This document shows, one piece after another, positions 24,400 to 36,100 of a stretch of DNA of 43,327 nt (position 1 is the first letter of the stretch; every line of letters begins with the position of its first letter). This DNA is from Jimgerdemannia flammicorona (Eukaryota), in contig RBNJ01000077.1 in NCBI GenBank assembly GCA_003990765.1, positions 1-43,327 on the forward strand, written 5' to 3'. The notes under the pieces are model-generated. The model saw nothing but the letters and a program-made list of their open reading frames with translations, was not told the origin of the DNA and made no database searches. The translations under genes were made by a program, and so were the position numbers.

Positions 24400-25727
24400 T
24401 GTAACATGCTGGCTCAATGGAGGCAAATTACAAGGTTGGGGGTTGATGTGGTTTGGCTTGAGCCCCCAGTTACTTTGTCAAAAGCAACAAAATGTTCTTG
24501 GTGTTTAGCAGTATAATAGTCAAGATCTGGATACTATGCAAGTGGTTTCCTTTTTGGGACGATTCTCTGGGTGTAGTGGCAATTTGTATGTGAATGGACT
24601 TCCTTCTTGGGTTAACTGGGAATGGTACAATTTGTGTAGTGTGAGCAGTTTCCTTCTTGAGTGACGATCTCTGATTTCTGCATGATGATCTGACAATTTA
24701 GCAGTTCTTCTTATGTAGTTCCTGTGTGATGATCTCTGTGTAGTGCAGCGGATTCCTTATGTGGGATGTTCTGATAATTTGGCGGATAACTCGATTTGGC
24801 TCACTGGGAATGTAGGGTGCGAGTTCTTCTTCCAGAATAAGACTGGTGGTGGGTAACTCAATAACTCAGGCTTACTGGGAATAACAAATAACTCGGATGG
24901 CATGGATTCTTCCTAAATCAGTGGCTTTAACTGGGAATACTATTCAAATGGTGCGAGTTCTTCTGAATTGGGCTCTTCTGGGGATACGATGGCGTGGATT
25001 TCTTCTGAATCGGTGGCTTTAACTGGGAATATGATGGCATGGATTCTTCTGAATCGGTGGCTTCAACTGGGAATACAGCAGATAACTTGAAAACGGCAGA
25101 TGGCGTGGATTCTCCTGAATCGGCGGTCTTCTGGGAAATAACTCAGATTCTTGGCAAGTTATGTCTAGACTGGCTTCGTTTGCATGAACGGATCACTCTG
25201 AAGTTGCATCAGAAACTGGCTTGGGCAAGGCGGCTTTCTCTGGAAATGCAGATAACTTAGAAACAGCGGCTTATTCCTTAAGCAGCAAATTACTCAAAAG
25301 GCAGTGAAGTTCTCCTTGAACTTAGGTGGCAAAATCAGCTTTGTATCGGAAAGTGGACCAGAGTGGGAATAAGGGGACCAATTGCTCAATCTTTAGAGGC
25401 TTCTTTGGTTTGCACTTCAATTCGGACTGAGGTTTATTCACTCTTGTCTCTGGGGTAATTTATACAAGTTGGTTGCTATGTAGCTAACTAGATCTGCTAC
25501 TTATAGCAGGTGTACAGAGTCTGTATGGTGTACAGGACCTGTACAGTATACAGAGTCTGTATGGTATATAGAGTCTGTATAGGTAAACAGACCCTTTCTG
25601 GTATGTCTGGCTATTTATACAATTTTCGCAGCAATGGTTACTGGTTACTAAGCTGTGTGTTCACATCATCTTTGTTTGTGTCATCTGGTTAAGATATGAT
25701 TCAGGTGGTATGTCTTGGCTTGTCACA
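24400..25727 (-). repeat. E2 5' LTR (1328 bp)
   Basis: TG..CA termini; lacks one ~73-bp internal duplication unit present in the other LTR. Confidence 0.95.
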
Positions 25728-26159
25728 TTATAGACAAATTGTCAATTATCTCAATATTTTAAAATATAGCAATATATATAGTCTGTTTATATATTTATAG
25801 CCATTTGATATTTAGCTATAAAAGACAAAAAAATTGAGTAGTACTTATTAGCTAGTGATAATAATAGTTGCTTATCAGCAGATATAAATAAAATTTAGAA
25901 ATCTTGAATTAATTATGGTATAATTCTCTCTATTTTTAAGTATCTAACTTTTATCTATACTAGATCAGTTACTATATAAATTCTCATACTTATATTATAG
26001 TTTCTGAGATATTACTAAAAGCTTTCTAGAAGTCAGAATAGATATTATGAAATTTGTTTTATTTTTAGTTATTATAATTTATTAAATATAGTTTTGAATA
26101 AATAATAATAATAATAATATAATTATTAAAATTAAAATTTGAAAATTATTTATTACTAC

Positions 26160-26414
26160 TAGTGCTCTCAAATAAAATTAAATTAATTTAAATTGAATCA
26201 AATTGAGAGTCATTTGATTTGAATCAAATTGAGAGTTCAATTTGAATCCTATTTTTCAAAATATAATAACTTGATGAAAATATGTCCAAAATTAATAAGC
26301 TAAAGATTATTAAATTTGGACATATTTTTATTAAGTTATTATATTTTGAAAAATAGAATTCAAATTAAATCACAAATTGAATTGGATCTTTGATTTGATT
26401 TATTGGGAGTACTA
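26160..26414. mobile_element. Foldback MITE, probably hAT superfamily
   Basis: TIRs TAGTGCTCTCAAATAAA / TTTATTGGGAGTACTA; the whole element is an imperfect palindrome. 8-bp flanks ATTACTAC / ATTGCTAC (7 of 8 match). Confidence 0.8.
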
Positions 26415-26497
26415 ATTGCTACTATTATTATAATATATAGATTAGGGTATACTAGTATAGTAGGTATAAAGACTATAAATAAATAAAAAGATTATAT

Positions 26498-28097
26498 TAT
26501 AACAGTAATCTCAAATAGTGACATTATCACAGGTAACAGTCTTTCTTTATAAGCCATCAGATTGGAGTATAAGAAGATTATATAGTATGACTCACCTAGG
26601 CTATAAGATGAGTAATGATGACAAACTATAAGTTATAATAACTACAAGATAGAGATCTCAAGAAATATAAAAAAAAGACTAAGAAATCACAGTAGTAGTA
26701 ATTTAAACAAGACTTACAAAATTCTGAAATAGTTTGAAAGACTCACTATAAATAAAATACCTGCTGCTTATCAAACTACAAAGTCCAGAAACTATCAAGG
26801 CTTCTCAGTTTAAGAAAGGATGTTCTAAGACATCAAGAGAACCATAAGAACTTGTACTAGAAGAATTCTTAGCCTCAACTTAGATACTGATAACTCTTAT
26901 CACTTTACTCTCTACTACTATGAAATAGAGACAATGTCACTACTACTACTGAATACCTCTGGATGTGGCAGAAATATGAAATAGAAAATCTTCTTTACTA
27001 GGAATTCCCTTAGGCCAGTCTCTAAGAGATACAAGATACCACCTCTATGGATATATACAAATTGAGAGTAGCTAAAAAGATCCATTAGATCTTCAGACAA
27101 GTACCTTGGTCAATTTCCAACTTGGAGTATACCAGAGTCTCAGACTTCAAAAAATTGTCAGCTTACTATATAGATATACTAAAGGCTATAGTGGCTACAA
27201 AAGCCCAATTTACTATCATTCTCAAAAGTAATAAGATAGAAGAGTTCTAGAATCTCATTCTTGAGAATAATCTAGATCAATTTCTATAAGGATTAATCTC
27301 AGTATTCCAAGGCCTCAGTATCTAGGTCAGACCCTCTCAAGATCTCACCTTTATCTCCTACTTTGTGGAGAAAAATATTATAGATTAAAGAGCCCCTGAT
27401 CTTCTTTTTGCTACTATTAAATATGATGATATCACTAGTGATAACATTATCCTGCTAATCAATACATACAAAACAAATAAAATAGAAATGTTTACTGACC
27501 TTATTTCCTTCAAGAACATTCTATCCCCAATCTCTAGCCTTAATGACAGTGATAAAGACAAAGCCTCCAGGATTCAGAACATTCTACTCTAATTTGTTTA
27601 TATAACTATTTGTTTAAATACTTGAATATTCTGGTATCCTGACCTTATGTAACTATCAGAAATTATTTCAGCATTCTGATCTTATATAACTAATTATATA
27701 GGTACTCAAATTTGTACTTACAATCTGAAGTTTTTTATATTCAAATATCTTATTTAGTTATTGAATTTTATATTTAGCTTTATATCTTAGTAATTATTAA
27801 ATTATATTTTGTATAAATACTTCTCTCATTTCCTTTCAAATAAAGTCAGTATTAAAACACTCAAGTATTCAAGTATCCAACTACTCAAGAGTACAGAAGT
27901 TCTAATTCTCTACTCAATTTCATATAAGCAAATCTAAGAGACAATAAAACAGTTTAAAGATATGAAGTTTGAGGACTATAAGACCTTAGAAAGGTACTCC
28001 AATAGAACTTACTTATAAGAAACTTATGGTTGGTCTAAGAGATATATCTTGAAGAGAATCTGACATACTTGGAAGACTTAATACTCTCTATATAATA
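26498..28097 (+). mobile_element. Solo LTR of the E3 family, older and heavily mutated; carries the LTR ORF remnant at 26757-27592
   Basis: Colinear with the reverse complement of 28540-30067 from end to end; ATAT on both flanks. Confidence 0.85.
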
Positions 28098-28445
28098 ATA
28101 TATAGAGATTGAGTTAGAGATAGATTTTGTACTATACTAGTTTCTCCTTGAGATTCTTCAAATAGTAGATAGTTGACTAGTCTTAAGCTAATTACTTCTC
28201 TTTTTATCTAGATACTAGTGATAATTCTGTCTTTAGTATATAGTAGCTAAGATTAGTACTATATTAAAGATATCTAGATTGTCTGAATTCTATAATCTAA
28301 AAAGTTATATAGATTTATAATCTTTCTAGTTGAGCTCTCAAATATAATATTCTTAACTCAATAGAGGCAAATTATAAGGTTAGGAGTTTGTATAGTTTGG
28401 CTTAAGTCTTCAATTACTTTGTTAAAAAGTAATAAAATATTCTAT
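28098..28445 (-). mobile_element. Highly decayed fragment of an E2-family element (leader, PBS and U5 end)
   Basis: Matches ~24170-24500, e.g. CTAGTTGAGCTCTCAAATATAA vs CCAGTTGAGCCCCCAAATGTAA, and CTCAATAGAGGCAAATTATAAGG vs CTCAATGGAGGCAAATTACAAGG. Confidence 0.75.
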
Positions 28446-28539
28446 AATTTCTGATATCTTTATTATTATTTAGTAGTATAAGGATAATTTTTATATAAAA
28501 AGCAATTAATTTTCTTATTAGAACAGTTCTTGTATATAG

Positions 28540-30067
28540 TGTCATATAGTGGTCACTGAGTCCTTCAAATATGCCAGATTCTTTTCAAGGTATATCTCTT
28601 AGACTAACTCAAGTTTGTTATAAGCAAGTTCTTATTGAAGTGCCTTTCCAAGATCTTATAGTCCTCAAACTTCTTATCTTTAACTGTCTTGTTATCTCTT
28701 AAATTGCTTGCAAGGAAGTATGTGTATTGCACTGAGTTGACTGACTTTATTTCAGAGGAAATAAGAGGGATATTTATACAAATATAATTCAATAATTGCT
28801 AAGATATAAAGCTAAATATAAATTTCAATAACTAAAACTACTAAGTTCCAGGGTCAGCACTGTTGGTTGTACAGGTTCAGGATACTGATATAATTTAGTG
28901 TCACATCAGAATACCAGTGCTGGAACAATTTCGTATCACCTCAGAATGCCAGTACTGGTATTATCCGATGTTACATCAAAATACCAGTACTGGTATTATT
29001 CAGTGTAATAAAGAACTTAGAGCAGAAAGTTCAGGACCATAGGGGCTTCATCCTTGTCATCAGAGGTCAGGATATCTTCGAAAGAGATGAGATCTATGAA
29101 TTCGTCATTTTTACATGCTTTGATGTCACATGGGATGACATCATTGCTGATAACATCATCACATTTGGTGACAGAAAGGAGGTCTGGGGCTCTTCAGTCT
29201 ATGAGGTTCTCTTCTACAAAATAGGAGTCAAATATAGGATCTTGGGGAGATCTAACCTGGATGCTTGGGCCTTAGAATACTGAGATCAATCCTTGCAGGA
29301 ATTGGTCTGAGTTGTCTTGGAGGATGGAGTGCCAGAAGTTTTCTACTTCATCACTATTGAGAGTGATAGTGGACTGGGCTTCTGTAGCCACTCTGGCTTC
29401 TAGTGCATTGATTGGCAGGATGACAGATCTCTGAAATCTGAGACTCTAACATACTCCAAGTTGGGGATCAACCATGGTGCATGCCTGAAGATCTGATGGA
29501 TCTTCTTAGCTGTTCTTGTTTCGTGTATATCCATGGGAGTGGCATCTTGTAGCTCTTGAGTGCTGGCCTGTAGGAACTCCCAGCAGAGGAGGTTTCCTAT
29601 TTCATACTCCTACCACATTTGGAGGCATTTGGTAGCAATAGTGATCCTTGTTTCCATTTCATGGCAGTAGAGGATAAAGTGATAGTAATTTGCAGTACTC
29701 AGGTTGACACTAGGAGTCCTTCTTGAGTGGGTCCTCATGACTCTTCTGATGTCTTGGAACATCCTTTTCTCAACTGAGATACCTTGGTGATTCCTTGATC
29801 TTGAGATTTGGTGGGCAGCAGGCATTTCATTTATAGTAAGTCTTTGAGCTATTTTGGAATTGGTGGGTCTTGTTGGTTGCTGCTACTGCAGTTCCTTGAT
29901 CCTTCTTTTATATTCCTCAAGATACTCATACTGTGGTTACAATGACTCACAGTTGGTCATCATTGCTCATCTCATATACTATATGATCTCCTTGTGCTTT
30001 GATCTGATGGCTTGTGAGGAAAGGCTGTCTTCTGTACTGATGTTATCATTCAGAGATCACCATTACA
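28540..30067 (-). repeat. E3 3' LTR (1528 bp)
   Basis: TGTAAT...TGACA on the minus strand; direct repeat of 37266-38667. Confidence 0.92.
29017..29825 (-). pseudogene. LTR-encoded accessory ORF (~270 codons; second copy at 37744-38553)
   Basis: The two LTR copies complement each other's stops and one frameshift: MPAAHQ..MWQEYEIGNLL..ETRTAKKIHQIFRH..LEYVRVSDF..acidic tail..NFLL*. May extend ~45 codons upstream. Confidence 0.7.
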
Positions 30068-31505
30068 TCTTCCTCCTAAATAAGGATCTTCCTGAGCATC
30101 CTTATTCATTGGTTTAGTCCTGAAAAATTTGCTGATCCCATAACCTCTGGTAAGGGGTTGAAAAGTGGTATTTATGGGCTAGTGTCTTCTCTTTATATTT
30201 TGGCATAATGGTAAAGGATTGCTCCCTTCATATAGAGCAAGGGCCTGATTCTGATCTTGACCAATCAGTTGATGGTTCAAACTCTTCTGACTTCGAAAGT
30301 CTCACAGATGAGTAGTTACCAGTGCTGTATCCCTTAGAGAATGATCCAGACAGATAGCCTGCTGGTCCCAGGACATGCTGTTACAATTCATGAACTAGAA
30401 CCTTGTGGGTGGTCATCACGTTTTGCTTCTCTTGTATAGGTTTGTGATACTTCTTGAGTCTGTTCTTATATACCATGGTAGGCAGTATAGTCTCTGAGAT
30501 TTTTCTAAACCAGAAGGTAGTTCCCTTAATATCTTGTATGTAGAAGAGTCCTTTCTATTTGGGCTCCAGTTTTCATGACTATGAGGCTTCTACCATATTT
30601 CAATACAGTAGAACCTTTTTTCTGATTCAGATGAGTTCTAGGGTCTTGTAATTCTTTTCTGCATTCTTTCTTATCAGTGCTTGTGACTTAGTGATATAAT
30701 CTTTAGCCTTCTTTCTGATTTGGTGTAGTCTCCAGATTTCTGCATCAACCTATCTCCAAGTTAGGTCTAGATTTGTAGCTGAGGTTCCATCAGAATCTTC
30801 TTCTCTGAAGAGCAGCTCTCTTGGGGTAAAGTGTGTGCTCTGTGACCATATATCTTGTAGAACAGAGAGGGTGGTTGGGAGATAGTTATCCCAATTCTCA
30901 TATGTCTCTGAGATCTTTGCTAGGATGTTCTTAAGGGTCTTGTTGGTTCTCTCTGTCTGTCCATTTTCTTGAGGGTGGTACACAGTGGTCTTGATGTGCT
31001 AGATCTTGTATTTCTGATACATTATCTCATAGAATCTATTGACAAATTCCATGCCATGGTCTGTTGTGATTTGCTTCAGTGTCTTATAGCAGTAGATAAT
31101 TTCTTGATGCAGGAAGTTGGCTATAAAGAGAATATTGGCTTCTTGTAATGCTCCTGCCTCTATCTATTTGGTGAAGAGGTCTATAATAACTATAATATAG
31201 CAGTTTCCTGATAGTGTTACTGATAGTGGTCCAATGATATCCATTATGATGTGGTGGAAGGAGATAGGCTCAATTCTTGATGACCTGGATACCTGGTCTT
31301 ACTGATCTTATTTCTGTTTTTGGCATTTGTCACACCCTTTGACAAATTGGTGCAAGTCTTCTTCCATCTTGGGCCACCACATGATTCTTCTTACCTTGTC
31401 ATATGTGTTGGTTCCTCCTAAGTGTCCTTGCTCATGTACTTCCTTCATTACTTGATACTTCTTGTGTTTGGATATTACTAGCTTTCCTCTTTTTCTGAGT
31501 GTAGT

Positions 31506-31508
<3 letters not shown>

Positions 31509-31541
<33 letters not shown>

Positions 31542-32993
31542 GGCTGTAGCCTCATTTATTAACTATCTATAACATGCCACATATCCTCATACAACATCAG
31601 TAGCCCCATTCCACCCCAATCTCAACCCACCTTCACCCTCACCTAGCCTTGCACCTTTAGGGTATGAGTTGTGACCTCACTGCCCAAGTAACTAGATCTT
31701 CCTACCCAGCCTGCCCCACCTAGTAGATATGGGTTATGAGCTCCAACCACCTCAAGTACTTGGCATCTAGTGCACCTGACCTACCTCTATTAGTGCCTCC
31801 TGTCTTGTCCATCTAGCCCATCTTGCCTGCCCATATTGCCTATATTGCCCATGTTGCCATCTTGCCTGTCTTGCCCATCTTGCCCATCTTGCCCATCTTG
31901 CCCATCTTGCCTGTCTGTATTGCCCATATCCCATATTACCCATATTACCTATGTTGCCTGTGTTGCCTGTATTGCCCATTTTGCCCATTTTGCCCATCTT
32001 GCCCATGTCACCTGTCTTGCCTGTCTTGTCCACCTGTGTTACCCATATTGCCCATATTGCCATCTTGCTGTCTTGCCTGTCTTACCCATCTTGCCCATCT
32101 TACCCATCTTGCCTGTCTTGCTCACCTGTGTTGCCTGTGTTGCCCATGTTGCCCATATTGCCTGTGTTGCCCATATTACCCATATTGCCTGTTTTGTCTA
32201 TTTTGCCCATTTTGCCTATATCACCTGTCTTGCCATCTGCCCATCTTGCCCATGTCACCCATCTTGCCATCTTGTCTGTCTTGCCCATCTTACCCATCTT
32301 GCCTACCCATGTTGCCTATGTTGCCTGTATTGCCCATATTGCCTATGTTGCCTGTGTTACCCATATTGCTTATGTTGCCCATATTGCCTGTATTGCCCAC
32401 CCATGTTGTCTGTATTGTCCATGTTACCCATTTTGCCCGTTTTGCCCATTTTGCCCATCTTGCCCATGTCACCTGTCTTGCCATCTGTCTATCTTGCCCA
32501 TGTTGCCCATCTTGCCGTCTTGCCATCTTGCTATCTTGCCCATCTTGCCCATCTTGCCCATCTTGCCCATCTTGCCCATCTTGCCCATCTTGCCTGTCTT
32601 GCCTATCTTACCCATGTTGCCCATCCTGTCATCTTGCCCTCTTGTCCATCTTGCCCATCTTGCCTGTCTTGCCCATCTTGCCCATCTTACCCACCAGTAT
32701 TGCCCATGTTGCCCATATTGCCCATATTGCCCATGTTGCCTGTGTTGCCTGCCCGTGTTACCCATGTTGCCCATGTTGCTTACTCATGTTGCCCATGTTG
32801 CCTGTGTTGCCTGTTTTGCCCATTTTGCCTATATCGCATGTCTTGCCATCTGCCCATCTTGCCCATGTCACCTGTCTTGCCATCTTGCCATCTTGCCTAT
32901 CTTGTCTGCCCGTGTTGCCCATATTGCCCGTATTGCCTGTGTTGCCCCTGTCTATGTGGCTTAGCTCGCTCTGAGTGGTTTGAGCAAAAGAAG
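31509..32993 (-). mobile_element. Poly(A)-tailed non-autonomous retroposon (SINE-like) built around a 9-bp satellite
   Basis: 15-bp TSD TCTGAGTGTAGTGTT at 31494-31508 and 32994-33008; ~30-nt poly(A); AATAAA (minus strand, 31555-31560) 16 nt before the tail. Confidence 0.9.
31800..32950. repeat. 9-bp tandem array TTGCCCATC / TTGCCTGTG variants
   Basis: Well over 100 degenerate 8-9 bp units. CA, TG and rare CG variants at one position point to an ancestral TTGCCCGTS. Confidence 0.95.
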
Positions 32994-33120
32994 TCTGAGT
33001 GTAGTGTTGTCTAATTCAAACTGTTTCCAAGTTCAGTTGATAATGGTGATTGTCCAGGGTTCAAGGTGGTTGGGCATCTTTCGCTGCCCAAGGTAGCTGA
33101 TTAATCCATAGTATAGCTCC

Positions 33121-36100
33121 TTATTCATGTTGAATAGTCTTGATGGGGGTGTTTCAGAGTATCCTTAAGAGTGCATCAGCATTGGTGTTGGTCTTTCCTG
33201 AGCAGTACTTGATAGTACAGTAATACTCTTGCAGCCTGTAGATCCATCTGACATATATTCCTTTGGGGTTCAGAGTGTGGAATAGCCAGGCAAGAGTGGA
33301 GTGGTCTGTTTGAATGGTAAAGTGTTTCCTGGCTAGGTAGTAGTGGAACTTGTCTACTGCCCAGACTACTGCCAAGCATTCAAGCTTGCATGACTTATAG
33401 TTCTGTTCTGCTCTGTGGATATCTCGGCTTGCATAGGAGATGACATATTTATGTCCATCTTTCTTCTGAGCTAGGACTGCTCCAAGTCCTATGGCACTCG
33501 CATCTATCTGCAGAATGAATTCTAGGTTCCAATCTGGTCTTCTGAGGATAGGTGCTTGAGTCAACCTGGTCTTAAGTTTATTAAAGGTTTCTTAGTACTC
33601 CTTGGTCCATTCAAATTTGGTTTCCTTCTTCAGTAGCTCATAGATAGGTGCTGCAATGTTGGAGTATCCTTTGATGAACCTTCTGTAGTAGCTGGCCAGT
33701 CCAAGGAAGGCATGGACTTCTGTAGTTGTTCTGGGTCTCAGGTAAGCTACAACAGCCTCAATCTTCATGAGATTTGTGTGGATTCCAGTCTGGTTGATGA
33801 GGTGTCCTAGGTAGGCAATTTCTTGAGCTACAAACTTGTATTTCTTGGGCTTAATATAAAGGCCATACTCCTTGAGCTTCTTGAGAGCTAGCTATATGTG
33901 ATTGATATATTCCCATGCAGTATTGCTGAAGATGATCACATCATCAACATAGACAAAGAGCCATTTTCCAATCTCATTGCTGAAGACTCTGTTCATCATT
34001 CACTGGAAACTTGCTGGGGTATTGTACATTCCGAATAGTATTTGCAGGTAGATATAGGTAGCATCAGGTATAATGAAGGCTAATTTCTCACTGGCATCTT
34101 GAGTGAGACCAATCTGATGGAAGCCTGAGAACAGATCCAAGGTGGTGTAGTATTTGGCTTCACTTCCAAGGGTGGTAAGGATTTCTTGAATATTTGGCAA
34201 GGGCTGTCTATCCTTCTTGGTGATGGCATTGAGCTTCCTGTAGTCAATACAGAGTCTTGGTACAAACTCTCCAGGTTTGCTTCCTTTCTTCAGGGCAAGG
34301 ACAATGGGTGAAGCCCAGGGGCTGATAGCTTGCTTGATGATTCTGGCTTCTTCCATTTCCTTGAGTTCTGCTCGCAGCCACTCTCTGTAGGCAGGTGGTA
34401 TGGGTCTGGCTTTCTGGTAGATGGGCTTGGTATCACCAGTATCAACTTTGTGGTAGTACTTGGGTTCTTGATTGTGGATATCCCTAAAGTCTGTAGCAAG
34501 TACTCCTTCATTCTGGTGCAGAATCTTGAGAAGTTGTTTCTCCAGGGGAAAGTTTTCTCCAATAGTGTATGTGTGCTTGTTCTGGTTCTTGTCTTTCTTG
34601 TATTCAAGTTTGGTAATCTTGGTAGTGGCATAGGCTCCTCTTCTGGTAGATCCAAAGCCTTGTTCTCCTCTCTTGGTCTTGATGAGTTTGATGGCTTCAA
34701 TGATCTTGGGCTTCTTGATTTCGTGGATCAGCATCTGGCCAATCCTGTCATGCTTCTTGACTTCGAAGGGGGTGGTGGGGTTGTGATTTCTGACTATGAG
34801 GAAGATCTCACCAGTGTAATCAGGGTCAATTACTCCTCCTTTAACTGACATTTCACTTTTGGTCAGACTATTCCTGGTCTTGGTGATTCTGGTATGGTTC
34901 TCTAGCAGCTTGACTCCAATTCCAGTACCAAGTAGGGTGGTGGTCTGTGGTTCAAGGGTAGTATCTTGAATGCTGGCAAGGTCCATTCCTATGGCTCCTT
35001 CAGTCTTGTATTCTGGGATCTTGGCTTCAGGGTGAAACTTCTTGACCTTGAGGGTCATGTCTGATTCTTATTCCTCCTCATCATTGCTGTCAGCCTGAAG
35101 CTCTGGGGGCTGGTCATCTTCTTTGGCTTTCCTTTTTGCTTTGGCAGCTTCTTGCTCATGTTTCTGTTGGCAGATTTTCCTGACTTCACTGATACAGGAC
35201 CAGCAGTCATTCAGGTGTTCAGAGCAGTACATCCTAGTATCATGGGGTATCTTTCTTGAGGGGCATAGCCATCGATGATCTTGTTGTACTACTGCTTATC
35301 TGTGAGCTTGGGTGTCTTGTTCTTATTCTTGTTCACCAAGTGCATGAAGACCTCTGTGTCTTCTTCATCTCCTTCCTCCATGTCTGGTAGAACTCCCTTG
35401 TGGACATTGATAGAGACTCATACCTTTCTCCCTCTATAGTTGATCTGTATCTTCTGGGCATTGAGGTCAATGATGGCCTTGGCCTTGTGAAGCCATTGAT
35501 TGTCAATGAGGATGTCATAGTTGGTGGCACTTGTGACAATCACATCTACTGAGATGGTAGCTCCTCCTATCTTGATGGAGACTTCTCAGATTTTGCCAAG
35601 GGGGGTAGCTTGTATACCATCTACTGTAATATAGACCATCTTGGTGGACTCTTCAATATCCCAGCCTAGGCAGTCAATTGCCTTCTTGCTCATGAGGCAT
35701 CCTCCAGCACCAGTATCAATGATGGCATTAAAGATATAGTCTTTGATCTGACATGGAGTATAGGCTGATATCTTGCACTGGTCTTCAAATTCTTTACCTG
35801 AGTTCTCAGATTCTTCCTGTGCATTGTGAGCTTCTACAATCTTATACTCTTGATTCTTGGCAGTAGTTGCAAGTCCTACTCTCAACTGCTGTCTGAAGGC
35901 AGGGACTTCAGCTAGCTGTCCAAAAGTGGCATTGACCTTCTATTCCTTGAGGTCCTTGTAGATATCATACTGGTGAATCTTGGTCTTGTGCAGCTTCTGT
36001 TCCTTCTTACTTTCACTTTCTCCTGAGACTGGAGTAGTGCCTTCAATGATTTGGCAGGTAGCTTCATCTAACTCCATGTCTTGATCAATCTCCTTGGATT

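Larger units (their letters stand above)
18803..25727 (-). mobile_element. E2: non-autonomous LTR retrotransposon (Gag-protease; no RT, RNase H or integrase)
   Basis: LTRs 18803-20205 and 24400-25727; 4-bp TSD TTAT on both sides; PBS present. The 4.2-kb interior lacks RT, RNase H and integrase motifs. Confidence 0.9.
30381..33128 (-). pseudogene. E3 integrase, separate ORF, interrupted by a 1.5-kb retroposon
   Basis: MNKELYYGLISYL start; HEQGHLGG..WWPKM..CDKC, IIMDIIGPL, ITTDHGMEF, ENGQTERTNKTLK. Confidence 0.88.

Noticed and set aside
31823-33014. Long Cys/Pro-, His/Ala- and Leu/Pro/Ile-rich ORFs, and minus-strand Gly-X-Y (MGK/TGN) collagen-like ORFs
   Set aside because: By-products of a stop-free 9-bp array. 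8-bp units break the frames, and the variation is explained by CpG decay rather than codon constraint.
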